Shown piece after piece: positions 50,005-60,793 of a stretch of 64,000 bases of DNA. Numbering within the stretch: position 1 is the stretch's first letter; each line of letters opens with the position of its first letter. The stretch comes from Alphaproteobacteria bacterium. GTDB lineage: Bacteria; Pseudomonadota; Alphaproteobacteria; UBA828. The stretch lies in assembly GCA_963422645.2 (NCBI GenBank), contig CAXXVO010000005.1:128001-192000 (forward strand). Reading direction: 5' to 3'. The translations under genes were made by a program, and so were the position numbers. The notes beneath the pieces are model-generated. The model did not search any database, had not been told where the DNA came from, and worked only from the letters and a program-made list of their open reading frames with translations.

Positions 50005-50973
50005 ATGGAATACGGCTTCAACGTACCCAACGGCGGGCCGCTGGCCGTGCCGGAGCACATCGGAACCATCGCCCGGCACGGCGAGAAGCAGGGCTACCGG
50101 ATCCTCGCGATTCCGGACCACATCGTGGTGCCCAAGGGCATCGACTCGCCCTACCCCTATTCGCCCGACGGCACGCTCAACTTCCCCACGCTGCTTGCCG
50201 GCGAATGCCTGGAGCCAATTGCGCTCATGGCCTACCTCGCCGGCATCACGACCGAGATGCGGCTGCTCACCTCGGTGATGGTGGTGCCTTATCGCCAGCC
50301 GGTGCTGACGGCGAAGCTGCTCTCCACCATCGACTTGCTCTCGGGCGGGCGTGCGGTCGTGGGTGTCGGCGCCGGCTGGATGGCCGAGGAATTCCCGCCC
50401 GTGGGTGCACCGCCCTTCGAGGCCCGCGGCCGGGCGACTGACGAGTACCTGCGCATCTACAAGGAGCTCTGGACCGCCGATGCGCCCAGGTACGAGGGCG
50501 AGTTCACCTCCTTCGACGACATCCTCTTCCACCCGAAGCCGGTGCAGAAGCCGCATCCGCCCATCTGGGTCGGCGGCGAGAGCAAGCCCGCCAAGCGCCG
50601 CACCGTGCGCTACGGCGACGCCTGGTACCCGATCGGCTGCAACCCGCGCTTCCCGATGGACACCCTGGGCCGCTTCGCCGCCGGCCTCGACGATCTGCGA
50701 GCGATGGCGGAGGCGGAAGGCCGCGACCCGGCCAGCATCGACGTCGCCTTCTGGGCGGTCTGGTACGGCGCCAGTGAGGAGCCGATCATGACCGATACGG
50801 GCGAGCGCATGCTGCTCTCGGGCTCGGCCGACGACATGGCCGGCGACATTCAGGCGATGCGCGACCTCGGTGTCCGCCATCTGCTGCTGCAGATGCTGCG
50901 CCCGACCATCGAGGAGACCCTCGACGCCATCACCCAGTTCGCCGAAGAGGTGCGCCCCAGGGCCGATGGCTGA
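50005..50973 (+). CDS. LLM-class (putative F420-dependent) oxidoreductase
   Basis: DHIVVP, GVGAGWMAEEF, PKPVQKPHPPIWVGG. Confidence 0.88.
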   Translation: MEYGFNVPNGGPLAVPEHIGTIARHGEKQGYRILAIPDHIVVPKGIDSPYPYSPDGTLNFPTLLAGECLEPIALMAYLAGITTEMRLLTSVMVVPYRQPVLTAKLLSTIDLLSGGRAVVGVGAGWMAEEFPPVGAPPFEARGRATDEYLRIYKELWTADAPRYEGEFTSFDDILFHPKPVQKPHPPIWVGGESKPAKRRTVRYGDAWYPIGCNPRFPMDTLGRFAAGLDDLRAMAEAEGRDPASIDVAFWAVWYGASEEPIMTDTGERMLLSGSADDMAGDIQAMRDLGVRHLLLQMLRPTIEETLDAITQFAEEVRPRADG

Positions 50974-51040
50974 AGGCGCACGCTTGACCTCGGCCATGGG
51001 CGCCCTTAGCTAAGCAGCGGCACTGCATCGGTCGATTGCG

Positions 51041-51553
51041 ATGGCCATACGCCCGATCATCACTGCGCCCGACAAGCGGCTGAAGGAGCGCTCGGCGCCG
51101 GTCGAGGTCGTCGACGACGAGGTGCGCGCGCTGCTCGACGACATGATGGAATCGATGCACGCCGCAGACGGCATCGGCCTCGCCGCGATCCAGATCGGCG
51201 TGCCCAAGCGCTGCATCGTGACCGACGTGCATCTGGCGGACGAGCCGCCCGCGCCGCTCAAGCTGGTCAATCCCAAGGTCGTGTGGCGCTCGGACGAACG
51301 CGTGAACCGCGAGGAGGGCTGCCTCTCCTTCCCCGACCACTATGCCGAGGTGGAGCGGCCTGCGTCGGTGACGGTGGTCTATCAGGACGAGACCGGCGCG
51401 GCGCAGGAGATCACGGCGGTCGGCACGCTGGCCGTTTGCCTCCAGCACGAGATCGACCACCTGGAGGGGGTGCTTTTCGTGGACTACCTGTCGCTGGTCA
51501 AGCGCAGCATCATCCTGCGCAAGCTGACCAAGGCGCGCCGCGCTGCCGGTTGA
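51041..51553 (+). CDS. def: Peptide deformylase
   Basis: [20 protein letters not shown]. Confidence 0.97.
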   Translation: MAIRPIITAPDKRLKERSAPVEVVDDEVRALLDDMMESMHAADGIGLAAIQIGVPKRCIVTDVHLADEPPAPLKLVNPKVVWRSDERVNREEGCLSFPDHYAEVERPASVTVVYQDETGAAQEITAVGTLAVCLQHEIDHLEGVLFVDYLSLVKRSIILRKLTKARRAAG

Positions 51554-51605
51554 GGCGACGCCTGAGGCTGCCGCAGCGAGTCGGGCCTTCCCCGCGCCGG
51601 AACGC

Positions 51606-52553
51606 ATGCAGCCATTGAGGCTGGTGTTCATGGGAACGCCGGCCTTCGCCGTGCCCACCCTCGACGCCCTCTGCGCGAGCGGCCACTCCATCGCTGCCGT
51701 CTACACCCAGCCGCCGCGTGCCGCCGAGCGCGGCCGCAAGGTGCGGCCAACGCCGGTGGCAGTGCGCGCCGAGGCCGCCGGGGTTCAGGTGATAACTCCG
51801 GCAAGCCTGAAACCCGCAGACGCGCAGACGGTGTTCGCGGCGCTGGATGCGGACCTCGCGGTCACGGTCGCCTATGGTTTGATCCTGCCGTCTGCCGTGC
51901 TGGCCTCGCCCCGGATGGGCTGCATCAACGCCCACGCCTCGCTGCTGCCGCGCTGGCGGGGTGCTGCGCCGATTCAGCGGGCGATCATGGCGGGCGACGG
52001 GGAGACCGGCGTCACCATCATGCGCATGGACGAGGGCCTCGATACAGGCCCCATCCTGATGGCCGAGCGGGTGCCGATCGGGCCCGAGACCGCGGGCGGT
52101 ACGCTGCACGACAGGTTGGCCGCCCTTTCCGCCCGGCTCGTGGTGGAGGCGATCGAAGCGCTCGCTGCAGGCACGCTGGCCGAGACGCCGCAGCCGAGCG
52201 AAGGCGCCACCTACGCGGCGAAGCTCGAAAAGCACGAGGCCGCCATCGACTGGCGCGCACCGGCGGCGCATTTGGAGCGCACGGTGCGCGCACTCGCGCC
52301 GAGACCCGGCGCCTGGTTCTCCCACGATGGTGAACGCATCAAGGTGTTGGCGGCCGAGAGGGTTGCCGGTGCGACGGATGCACCGCCGGGGACGATCATC
52401 GACGATGGGCTGACCGTCGCCTGCGGCGACGGCGCCGCGCTGCGCCTGACCCGCCTTCAACGCGCCGGCAAAGCGGCGATGGATAGAGACGCCTTCTTGC
52501 GCGGGCGGCCGATCACGGCCGGAACACGCTTGCCATGCCCCGCTACAAGCTGA
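51606..52553 (+). CDS. fmt: Methionyl-tRNA formyltransferase
   Basis: [26 protein letters not shown]. Confidence 0.97.
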   Translation: MQPLRLVFMGTPAFAVPTLDALCASGHSIAAVYTQPPRAAERGRKVRPTPVAVRAEAAGVQVITPASLKPADAQTVFAALDADLAVTVAYGLILPSAVLASPRMGCINAHASLLPRWRGAAPIQRAIMAGDGETGVTIMRMDEGLDTGPILMAERVPIGPETAGGTLHDRLAALSARLVVEAIEALAAGTLAETPQPSEGATYAAKLEKHEAAIDWRAPAAHLERTVRALAPRPGAWFSHDGERIKVLAAERVAGATDAPPGTIIDDGLTVACGDGAALRLTRLQRAGKAAMDRDAFLRGRPITAGTRLPCPATS

Positions 52554-53284
52554 CCCTCGAGTACGACGGCACCGGCTTCGTCGGCTGGCAATACCAGGGC
52601 GACGGGCGCTCGGTGCAGGAGGCGCTGGAGCGCGCGGTCGAGCGCTTCTGCGGAGAGCAGGTACGCGTGCACGGCGCGGGCCGCACCGATTCCGGCGTTC
52701 ACGCCCTGGGCCAGTGCTGCCACCTCGATCTCGCCCGGCAGGCAGAGCCCGACGAGCTGCGGGATGCGCTCAACGCACATCTGCGGCCCGCGCCGGTCGT
52801 CGTCCTCGACGCGGCCGACGTGCCGTCTGACTTTGATGCGCGGCGCGATGCCACGATGCGCGTCTATCTCTACCGGATCGTCAATCGCAAGACGCCGCTC
52901 GCGCTGGCGAAGGACCGCGCCTGGCATGTCGCGCGCCCGCTCGATGCCGACGCCATGGCCGAGGCCGCGCGCCTGCTGCAAGGCACTCACGACTTCACGA
53001 CCTTTCGAGCGGCCAAGTGCCAGGCGACCTCTCCGGTCCGCACCCTGAAAAGCCTCGCCGTCTCACGAAGCGGAGACGAGATCGCGATCCGGGCCTGGGC
53101 GCGCTCCTTCCTCCACCACCAGGTCCGCGCCATGGTGGGGACGCTGGTCGAGGCAGGCGAAGGCCGGCGGACTCCGGCCGACGTGGGCGCGGCGCTCGCG
53201 GCCTGCGACCGGCGCATGAGCGGCCCGACGGCGCCGGCCTACGGCCTCTATCTCGAAGCGGTGATCTATCCGCCGGCGTCCTAG
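52535..53284 (+). CDS. truA: tRNA pseudouridine(38-40) synthase
   Basis: [28 protein letters not shown]. Confidence 0.97.
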   Translation: MPRYKLTLEYDGTGFVGWQYQGDGRSVQEALERAVERFCGEQVRVHGAGRTDSGVHALGQCCHLDLARQAEPDELRDALNAHLRPAPVVVLDAADVPSDFDARRDATMRVYLYRIVNRKTPLALAKDRAWHVARPLDADAMAEAARLLQGTHDFTTFRAAKCQATSPVRTLKSLAVSRSGDEIAIRAWARSFLHHQVRAMVGTLVEAGEGRRTPADVGAALAACDRRMSGPTAPAYGLYLEAVIYPPAS

Positions 53285-53313
53285 ATCGTTTCCGTTTCGC
53301 ACGGAAACGATCT
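53283..53313. repeat. Perfect 13-bp inverted repeat directly after truA (terminator or palindromic element)
   Basis: AGATCGTTTCCGT-ttcgc-ACGGAAACGATCT. Confidence 0.6.
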
Positions 53314-53420
53314 TGCAGTATTTTCGCTCACGGCAGCCGGCCTACGGCCGGCGCCTCCGCGTCGCGCGGCCACGCGCGCGGGAGCGCACGATGTGCGCCG
53401 CAGGAGCGGGGGGCCGCGGT

Positions 53421-53458
53421 CGCGGCCTGTCGCGCGTCCATTAAAGACGGACGCGCTC
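53421..53458. repeat. 38-bp palindromic repeat, copy 1
   Basis: 35/38 identical to 54021-54058. Confidence 0.75.
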
Positions 53459-53477
53459 CAGCCGGCGGTACCGCGCG

Positions 53478-53921
53478 CTACTTCTTGACCCCGAGCACGT
53501 CCCGGGTGCCGGCAATGCCGGTGCGGTAGATGCCTTCGACGAATTCGAGGCATTCCGCCTTGGTCTTGCCCTTCTTCGGCACAAAGCGGCTGGTCCATTC
53601 CACCTGGCTGCGCCGCGACGTGATGGGCTTCACCTTGATGGTGGCGGTGTAGTCGGAGAACGGCACCATATCGTCGGGATCGGCGGTGATCCTGTAGATC
53701 TGCGTGCGCGTCGCCGTATCGTATTTCAGCAGCGTTTCGTCGAGATTGCCTTTCACGCCCTTGACCTTGAGCGTGCGCACCGTGCCCTTCTTGTTGAGCG
53801 TGCTCCGCGTGATGGTGCCCGCCATGATCACGGTCAGATTGTTGAAGGCCCCGATCTCGCCAAAGACACGGTCGGCCGGTGCGCTGATCTCCTCGACGAC
53901 CTTCGCTCGCGTGTAAGCCAT
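53478..53921 (-). CDS. SRPBCC/polyketide cyclase-like family protein
   Basis: ISAPADRVF...GTVRTL...Y.ATIKV...VEWTSRF pattern. Confidence 0.8.
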   Translation of the reverse strand: MAYTRAKVVEEISAPADRVFGEIGAFNNLTVIMAGTITRSTLNKKGTVRTLKVKGVKGNLDETLLKYDTATRTQIYRITADPDDMVPFSDYTATIKVKPITSRRSQVEWTSRFVPKKGKTKAECLEFVEGIYRTGIAGTRDVLGVKK

Positions 53922-54020
53922 GCCCGCTCACTCCCATTCTCATTTGAGACGGCCCGCGATGGTGGACGTAAAGCGCGGCTAGCGCAACGCGCGATGGAAG
54001 CGATGATCGATTTCGCCTGG

Positions 54021-54058
54021 CGCGGCCTGTCGCGCGACCGTCAAAGACGGACGCGCTC
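54021..54058. repeat. 38-bp palindromic repeat, copy 2
   Basis: See 53421-53458. Confidence 0.75.
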
Positions 54059-54345
54059 TAGCCGCCGCCGCGCTGGAAGGAGATGTCGAGCCGGGCGAGG
54101 TGAGCGGCGGGATCGTCGTAGCCGCTGTAGCGGAAGCGCGCGGCGAGGACCGGCAGCGCCAGCAGGCCGATGCGGCGTTCGGGCCTGGACGAAAGCGTGA
54201 TCTCCAACGTGCCGGTCCCTTCGCGGACCGTGATCGTGTCGCCGTCATCTGCGATCCGGGCGCCCGCGAGCGCGCGGCGCAGCGTGCGCCGGAACTCGTG
54301 GCGCTCGATCGCCATTTCCTTCTCGACGGTCAGGGTCTTGGGCAC
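54058..54345 (-). CDS. Small hypothetical protein at the end of the aor operon (AorE-like position)
   Basis: 95 aa ending FQRGGG; co-oriented last gene of the operon. Confidence 0.7.
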   Translation of the reverse strand: MPKTLTVEKEMAIERHEFRRTLRRALAGARIADDGDTITVREGTGTLEITLSSRPERRIGLLALPVLAARFRYSGYDDPAAHLARLDISFQRGGG

Positions 54346-54398
54346 GAGCGCGGCCAGAACTCGGAGTTGCGACGGGGATTGGTGCCGGCTTCGCCGGC

Positions 54399-54650
54399 TC
54401 AGCCACCGGCCACGGGCGGCCAGATCGCCAACGTGTCGTTCTCGCTCAGAGCGTGGGAGCCGCGCTCGCTCGGCTCCACGTAGATGCCGTTCACCAGCAC
54501 GATGGAGCAGTACTGGCGGGGCAGGTTGAACCTCGCGAACACGTCCTCGGGCGTGGTCCCGCCGTCCAGGTCGAGCTCGACCTGGTTGTCCACGGCGCCA
54601 GCAGGGAGATAGTCGCTCAGCAAGGCGTAGAGCTTGACGGTCACCTTCAT
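54399..54650 (-). CDS. MoaD/ThiS-family sulfur carrier (AorD-like)
   Basis: VLVNG and C-terminal PPVAGG. Confidence 0.9.
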   Translation of the reverse strand: MKVTVKLYALLSDYLPAGAVDNQVELDLDGGTTPEDVFARFNLPRQYCSIVLVNGIYVEPSERGSHALSENDTLAIWPPVAGG

Positions 54651-54706
54651 GGCGTCGTCATTGCCGGTATCGCCGCCATCGCACCCGTCAACGCGTTCGG
54701 CGCCGC

Positions 54707-55954
54707 TCACACTTGGCTGTGGGCGACGTAGGCCTCCATCACGCGGTGCGGGTTCTCCAGCAGCCTTCCCTTCCAGTCGCCGAGCGCCGTCTCGTTCTGG
54801 ATCAGGCCGCGGATCACGCCGACGTGGTCGGTGAGCCCGATGCCGAGCGCGCCGACGAGGTGGTCGCCGTCGAATTCCAGCCGGAGGTACTTGTAGCCGT
54901 TCTCGTCCACGGCGACGCCGCTATCGCCGCCGGCGACGCCTTCCCAGCTCCCGAACGAGCTTGAGACGAGTCCGACCGTGGCGAGCACGTTCATGTTGAG
55001 GCTGCCCTTGTAGTGCGCGTGGCGGCCCAGCATGTTAAGTGCCGCGATGCGGCCGTGCTCGGTCGCGGTCGGCTGGATCGCGTGCACCGAGTATTCGCCG
55101 GTGGAGAAATCGAGGCCCTGGGCCACGTCGCCGGCGGCGAACACGCCCTTGGCGCTGGTCTCCAGATGCTGATCGACGAGCACGCCGTGGTCGGTCTCGA
55201 TCCCGCTCCCCTCCAGGAAGCCGATATTGGGTGCGACGCCGACGGCGAGCACGACCAGATGGGCGTCGATCCTCTCGCCGTTGTCCAGCACCACCGCCTT
55301 GTCGCCGCCAGCGCCGGTGGCGGCCTCGATCCCGGCGACCCGCGTCGAGGTGAGCACGCGGATGTTCTTGGCCCCGCACCAGCGTTCCAGCATCCCCCCT
55401 GCCGTCGCGTCCATCATGCGCGAGACCATGCGCTCTTCCATCTCGACCACGGTGAGATTGCCGCAGCGCTTCGCAAGCGCCTCCAGGATGATGCAGCCGA
55501 TGAAGCCCGCGCCGATCAGCACGACGTTGGCGTCTTCGTTGAGCAGGTGCGCGATCCCGCGGCAGTCTGCGAGGGTCCAGCAGTTGTGCACCCCGGGGAG
55601 ATCACGACCGGGCACCGGCGGGCTGAGCGGGGTCGCGCCGGTGGCGATCAGCAGGCGGTCGTAGGAGACCGTCTCGCCGCCGCTGAGGGTGAGCGTGCCG
55701 TCAGCCGATGCCACGAATTCCGCCCGCCCCTGCCGATACTGGATGCCGAGGCTTTCGTAATGCCCGTCAGTCTTGCGGAGATAGGTCCCGCTTTGCTCGA
55801 TCATGCCCTCGAGGACGTAAGGGATCGCCATCCGCGAATAGGGCGGCTCCGGCTCGTCGCCGATGAGGACGATGTCTGCGCCCCGGTCTCCCTTGCGCAA
55901 GGTTTCGGCAGCGACCACACCGGCCGGGCCGGCACCCACAATCACATGCTGCAT
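54707..55954 (-). CDS. FAD/NAD(P)-dependent oxidoreductase (AorC-like)
   Basis: GAGPAG, ATGA, GAGFIG, FAAGD. Confidence 0.9.
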   Translation of the reverse strand: MQHVIVGAGPAGVVAAETLRKGDRGADIVLIGDEPEPPYSRMAIPYVLEGMIEQSGTYLRKTDGHYESLGIQYRQGRAEFVASADGTLTLSGGETVSYDRLLIATGATPLSPPVPGRDLPGVHNCWTLADCRGIAHLLNEDANVVLIGAGFIGCIILEALAKRCGNLTVVEMEERMVSRMMDATAGGMLERWCGAKNIRVLTSTRVAGIEAATGAGGDKAVVLDNGERIDAHLVVLAVGVAPNIGFLEGSGIETDHGVLVDQHLETSAKGVFAAGDVAQGLDFSTGEYSVHAIQPTATEHGRIAALNMLGRHAHYKGSLNMNVLATVGLVSSSFGSWEGVAGGDSGVAVDENGYKYLRLEFDGDHLVGALGIGLTDHVGVIRGLIQNETALGDWKGRLLENPHRVMEAYVAHSQV

Positions 55955-56126
55955 GTTGGCTCCCGCTTGGCTCTTTTCGCCGCTCCTGCGGCACGCGCAC
56001 CGGCGCGGCCCGGCCCGGCAAGTTTCGTCTCGATCAGTCCCGTCAGCCCCGATGCAAGCCGGGGGGCCGGCGCCCTTGTCAGTGCGCGCGGCCCCCCGCT
56101 GTCACGAGAATGACGGATGAAACGGG

Positions 56127-57971
56127 TCAGAGCGCGAGGCGCTCCACCGTCTCGTTGCTGGGGACGCCGTCGTCGGTCCAGCCGCGCACCTCGTAGTATT
56201 CCGGCAGCATCTTGTCGAGGCCGTTGGTGAGCCCCTCTGCCGGGCCGGTCTTCGCCGCGTCCTTGAGCAGACGCGCGGGCAGGTTGTCGTCCTTGCCCGT
56301 GAAGCCCGCCGCACAGTTGTACTGCCGCTCCAGGTTCCAGACCCGCTCACCGACCTCCAGCAGCTTCTCCGTCGTCCAGTCGCCCTCGCAAGCCGCGTTG
56401 ATCTGCGGCGCGATGTCGTCGAGCGACCAGGCGAAGGTGGTGAAGACGCAGAGGCCGGAAGAATCGACCGCCGAGGTCGCGTCCTGGAAGGCCTTGACCA
56501 AACCGGCCTTGCCCTCGGTCACGTGCGGGTCGGTCTTCTCCGGCACGCCCAGGATCTCGGACGAGACGGTGTAGGCCCGCAGGTGGCAGGCGCCCCGGTT
56601 TGCGGTGGCGTAGGCGAGGCCCATGCCCTGGATGCCGCGCGAATCGTAGGCCGGGAACTCCTGGCCCTTGACCGACATCGAGAGCTCTGGCCGGCCGTAC
56701 TTCTCGCAGAGCCGCTTGGAGCCGAGGCCGATCTCGGCGCCGAAGCCCTCGCCCTTGCCGGTGAGCTCGGCGAGATCGGTCAGCGCCTTGGCAGAGCCGA
56801 ACTTGCACTCGATACCGCCGGTCTGCTCGTCGCCGATGGCGCCTTCCTCGTAGAGCTCCATGGCGGCGCCGACGGTGGCGCCGAAGGAGATCGGGTCGAT
56901 GCCCTGCTCGTTGCAGATGAAATTGGCGAAGGTCAGCGCGTCGAGATCGTCCACGCCCGTGGCCGCGCCGAGCGCCCAGGCCGCCTCGTACTCGAGGCCG
57001 CCGGAGGCGATCTGATACTCCGGCCGCTCTGCCACCGTGTAGTGGGTGCGCTCGACCGTGGAGATGCGCCCGCAGGCGATGGTGCAGCCGAAGCACGCGG
57101 CGTTGGTCACCAGGTTGGGCTTGCCGTCGGCGCGGGGCTCGGCCATCGCCTCGGCCGAGATGTTCTTCGCGCCATCGAACTGCACGTCCCGATGGTTGTG
57201 GGTCGGCAGCGCGCCGACTTCGTTGATGACGTTCATCAGCACCTGGGTGCCGTAGGCCGGCAGGCCCTGGCCGGTGACGGCGTTGTCCGCAAGGGTCTGC
57301 TTGCCTTCGGACGTCGCCTGCATGAAGGCGCCGGCATCTTCGACGCTGACGCCGAGGGTGCCGCGAAGCGCCACCGCCTTGAGGTTCTTCGACCCCATCA
57401 CGGTGCCGACGCCGGAGCGCCCGGCGGCGCGGTGCATGTCGTTCACCACACAGGCGTACTTGACGCCCTTCTCGCCGGCGATGCCGATGGAGGCGACACG
57501 GATCAGCGGATCCTGGTGCTTGGCCTTGATGCCCTCCTCGGTATCCCAGACCGACTTGCCCCAGTACTCGCTGGCGTCGATCAGCTGGGCGTTGTCGTTC
57601 TCCACCAGGAGGTAGACCGGGTTCGGCGACCGGCCTTCGAAGATGATCATGTCGAAGCCGGCGTTCTTCATCTCGTTACCGAAGAAGCCGCCGGAGTTCG
57701 AGCACGCGATCGCACCGGTGAGCGCGCCCTTGGTCACGACCGAGTAGCGCCCGGCCGTCGACGCGCAGGTGCCGGTCAACGGGCCGGTGGTCATGATCAT
57801 CTTGTTGTCAGGCGAGAGGGGATCGACCCTTGGGTCGGTCTCCTCGACCAGATACTTGGTCGCGAGCCCGCGTTGGCCCAGATACTTCTGGGCCCACTCC
57901 ATGTTCAGCGGCTCGTTCTTGCAGGTGCCCTCAGTGAGGTTCACCCGCAGCACGTTCCTTGCCCATGCCAT
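56127..57971 (-). CDS. Tungsten-containing aldehyde oxidoreductase catalytic subunit (AorB-like)
   Basis: YLGQRGL, AAGRSGVGTVMGSKNLKA, CFGCTIAC, GLEYE, NRGACHL. Confidence 0.95.
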   Translation of the reverse strand: MAWARNVLRVNLTEGTCKNEPLNMEWAQKYLGQRGLATKYLVEETDPRVDPLSPDNKMIMTTGPLTGTCASTAGRYSVVTKGALTGAIACSNSGGFFGNEMKNAGFDMIIFEGRSPNPVYLLVENDNAQLIDASEYWGKSVWDTEEGIKAKHQDPLIRVASIGIAGEKGVKYACVVNDMHRAAGRSGVGTVMGSKNLKAVALRGTLGVSVEDAGAFMQATSEGKQTLADNAVTGQGLPAYGTQVLMNVINEVGALPTHNHRDVQFDGAKNISAEAMAEPRADGKPNLVTNAACFGCTIACGRISTVERTHYTVAERPEYQIASGGLEYEAAWALGAATGVDDLDALTFANFICNEQGIDPISFGATVGAAMELYEEGAIGDEQTGGIECKFGSAKALTDLAELTGKGEGFGAEIGLGSKRLCEKYGRPELSMSVKGQEFPAYDSRGIQGMGLAYATANRGACHLRAYTVSSEILGVPEKTDPHVTEGKAGLVKAFQDATSAVDSSGLCVFTTFAWSLDDIAPQINAACEGDWTTEKLLEVGERVWNLERQYNCAAGFTGKDDNLPARLLKDAAKTGPAEGLTNGLDKMLPEYYEVRGWTDDGVPSNETVERLAL

Positions 57972-57983
57972 GACGAGTCCTCC

Positions 57984-58463
57984 CTAGGCCTCGGCCTGCG
58001 CGCCGGCGTCGGTCTTGGACGCCCACTGACGCATCCGATCGAGGCCGGTCCAGTTCGCGTCCACATAGGTGATCGCCGCGGTCGGGCACGCCTTGGCGCA
58101 CTCGGGATCGCCGCCGCAGAGATCGCACTTGATCACCTTGCCGGTGGAGGCGTTGTAATTCACGGTCCCGAAGGGGCAGGCGATGGTGCACACCTTGCAG
58201 CCCACACAGAGCGAATCGGAGACCACCTTGGCCCCGGTCGCGGCGTCGAGCGTGATCGCATCGACCGGGCAGGCCTGCATGCACCACGCCTCGTCGCACT
58301 GAGTGCAGGTGTAGGGGACCATCCGCCCCTGATCATGGAAGTTGAACACCTTGATGCGAGACTTGGCGGGGTTGAACACTCCCTCGTTCACGTGGGAGCA
58401 GGCCAGCTCGCATTGCAGGCATCCGGTACACTTGTCCGGGTCGATATGAAGCGATTTCAGCAC
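57984..58463 (-). CDS. 4x[4Fe-4S] polyferredoxin subunit (AorA-like)
   Basis: Four Cys clusters and C-terminal extension WTGLDRMRQWA; GTG start. Confidence 0.92.
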   Translation of the reverse strand: MLKSLHIDPDKCTGCLQCELACSHVNEGVFNPAKSRIKVFNFHDQGRMVPYTCTQCDEAWCMQACPVDAITLDAATGAKVVSDSLCVGCKVCTIACPFGTVNYNASTGKVIKCDLCGGDPECAKACPTAAITYVDANWTGLDRMRQWASKTDAGAQAEA

Positions 58464-58599
58464 GTTCGTAACCCCCCTACGCGCCAGTCAGGCGCTCACT
58501 GCCACTCTAGGTACACACTACACCACAAGACGCCCGCCTTGCACCGGGCGATGTAAGCGTTGGCATGACAGACGGTCATAGGACTCATTCCCGAACCGC

Positions 58600-59073
58600 C
58601 TAGCCTGCCATCGCCTCGGCACCCGCGGCGATGGCCTTCACGATATTGTGGTAGCCGGTACACCGGCAGAAATTGCCCTCCAGATAGGCGCGAATCTCCG
58701 CTTCGCTCGGCTTCCCGTTCTTCTTCACCAGGTCGAGCGCGCACATCACCATGCCGGGCGTGCAGAAGCCGCACTGCAGCGCATGGTGCTCCTTGAACGC
58801 CGCCTGCATGGGATGGAGGGTATCGCCGTCGGCCACGCCCTCGATGGTGAGCACGTCCGCGCCGTCCGCTTGGACCGCCAGCACGGTGCAGGCTTTCACG
58901 CACTCGCCGTCCACATGCACGTTGCAGGCGCCGCATTGGCTCGTGTCGCAGCCGACATGGGTGCCGGTGAGGCCGAGATCGTAGCGCAGGAACTCGACGA
59001 GCAGGGTGCGGGTCGACACCTCGCGGGCGACCTCCTCGCCATTGACGCTCATCTTGATCTGCGCTTGGGGCAC
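58600..59073 (-). CDS. CoxS/CutS-like (2Fe-2S)-binding subunit
   Basis: [26 protein letters not shown]; GTG start after GGGGGAG. Confidence 0.9.
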   Translation of the reverse strand: MPQAQIKMSVNGEEVAREVSTRTLLVEFLRYDLGLTGTHVGCDTSQCGACNVHVDGECVKACTVLAVQADGADVLTIEGVADGDTLHPMQAAFKEHHALQCGFCTPGMVMCALDLVKKNGKPSEAEIRAYLEGNFCRCTGYHNIVKAIAAGAEAMAG

Positions 59074-59244
59074 GTTCGCTCCCCCGACCCTTTGGTCACA
59101 TCCGGCGGGAAGAATAACCGCGACCGCTATGGCGGACAAAGCGTTTGTGCCGCGTGCCCGCGCGGCCCCGAGTCGGTGGCACTGCCCCGGCACTGCCGGT
59201 ATAGGATGGCCGGCACGTGAATTGCGGGCAGGCGAGGCGCAGGC

Positions 59245-60777
59245 ATGAACATCGCAGCGCTACTGGCGAAGACGGCCCGGGCTCTGCCCGCGCGGCCGGC
59301 GGTCTCCCTCGGCGACGCCGTGGCGGCGCGTTACGGCGAGCTCCACGGGCGTGCCGGGGCGATCGCGGGCGCGCTCAAGGCGGCGCAGGGGCTCGAACCC
59401 GGCGAGCGGGTGGCGATCTTCATGGCGAACCGGCCGGACTATCTGGAGGCGCTCTTCGGCATCTGGTACGCGGGCCTGGTCGCGGTCCCGGTCAACGCCA
59501 AGCTGCATCCGCGCGAGGTCGCCTACATCCTGGGCAACTCGGGAACCCGGCTCTGCATCACCGACGAGGGCCACGCAGACGGGATCGAGAGCGTGCGCGG
59601 CGAGGTGCCGGGCCTTGCTGCGCCGCTGGTGGCGGGCTCGGACGACTGGCGTGCCATGCTGGGGCACAACCCGGAAGGCCCCGCCGCAGCCCGCCCCGAC
59701 GACCCCGCCTGGCTCTTCTACACCAGCGGCACCACGGGCCGGCCCAAGGGTGCCACCATCACCCACCGCAACCTGCTGATGATGACGCTGAGCTATTTCG
59801 CCGATCTCAACCAGATCACGCCCGAAGATTGCGTGTTGCATGCAGCGCCGCTCTCCCACGGCTCGGGCCTCTACGCGCTGCCCTTCATCGCCAAGGGCGC
59901 CAGCAACGTAATTCCCGAGAGCGGCGGCTTCGAGCCGGCGGAAGTGCTGAGCCTGATCGAGCAGCACCCCGGCCTCAGCATGTTCGCGGCCCCCACCATG
60001 GTGGTGCGGCTGCTGGACAGCCCGGCGCTCAGCCGCGCCGACACCGCCAACCTGGACCTCATCATCTATGGCGGCGGCCCGATGTACGTCGCCGACGTGG
60101 AGCGCGCGCTCGCGGCCTTCGGCCCCAAGCTTGCCCAGATCTACGGCCAGGGCGAGGCGCCGATGACCATCACAGCGCTGTCCCGCGCCTGCCACGCCGC
60201 GAGCGACCAGCCGCGCTACCGCGAGCGCCTGGGCTCGGCCGGGATCGCACGGACGGATGTCGAGGTGCGGGTCGTCGACGAGGAGGACCGCCCCCTCCCC
60301 GCGGGCGAAAGCGGCGAGATCGCTGTGCGCGGCGATGTCGTGATGCCGGGCTACTGGGAGAACCCGGAGGCCACCGCGAGCGCGCTCAAGGGCGGCTGGC
60401 TGCACACCGGCGATGTCGGCCGCTTCGACGAGGATGGCTTCCTCACCCTGCTCGACCGCGCCAAGGACATGATCATCTCCGGCGGGACCAACATCTATCC
60501 CCGCGAGATCGAGGAGGTGCTGCTGCGCGATGAGGCGGTGCGCGAGGCTGCGGTGATCGGGCGCGCGCACCCCGAGTGGGGGGAGGAGGTGGTCGCCTTC
60601 GTCGTGCCCCACGACGGGCAAAGCGTCACCGAAGACCGGCTCGACCGGCTCTGCCTGGAGAGCATCGCCCGCTTCAAGCGCCCGCGCGCCTACCGCATCG
60701 TGGACGGCCTGCCCAAGAACAACTACGGCAAGGTGCTGAAGCGCACGCTGCGCGAAGAACTGGAGGCGGAAGCGTAA
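59245..60777 (+). CDS. AMP-binding acyl-CoA synthetase/ligase
   Basis: [27 protein letters not shown]. Confidence 0.92.
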   Translation: MNIAALLAKTARALPARPAVSLGDAVAARYGELHGRAGAIAGALKAAQGLEPGERVAIFMANRPDYLEALFGIWYAGLVAVPVNAKLHPREVAYILGNSGTRLCITDEGHADGIESVRGEVPGLAAPLVAGSDDWRAMLGHNPEGPAAARPDDPAWLFYTSGTTGRPKGATITHRNLLMMTLSYFADLNQITPEDCVLHAAPLSHGSGLYALPFIAKGASNVIPESGGFEPAEVLSLIEQHPGLSMFAAPTMVVRLLDSPALSRADTANLDLIIYGGGPMYVADVERALAAFGPKLAQIYGQGEAPMTITALSRACHAASDQPRYRERLGSAGIARTDVEVRVVDEEDRPLPAGESGEIAVRGDVVMPGYWENPEATASALKGGWLHTGDVGRFDEDGFLTLLDRAKDMIISGGTNIYPREIEEVLLRDEAVREAAVIGRAHPEWGEEVVAFVVPHDGQSVTEDRLDRLCLESIARFKRPRAYRIVDGLPKNNYGKVLKRTLREELEAEA

Positions 60778-60793
60778 ACGTTCCTACTTCCGC

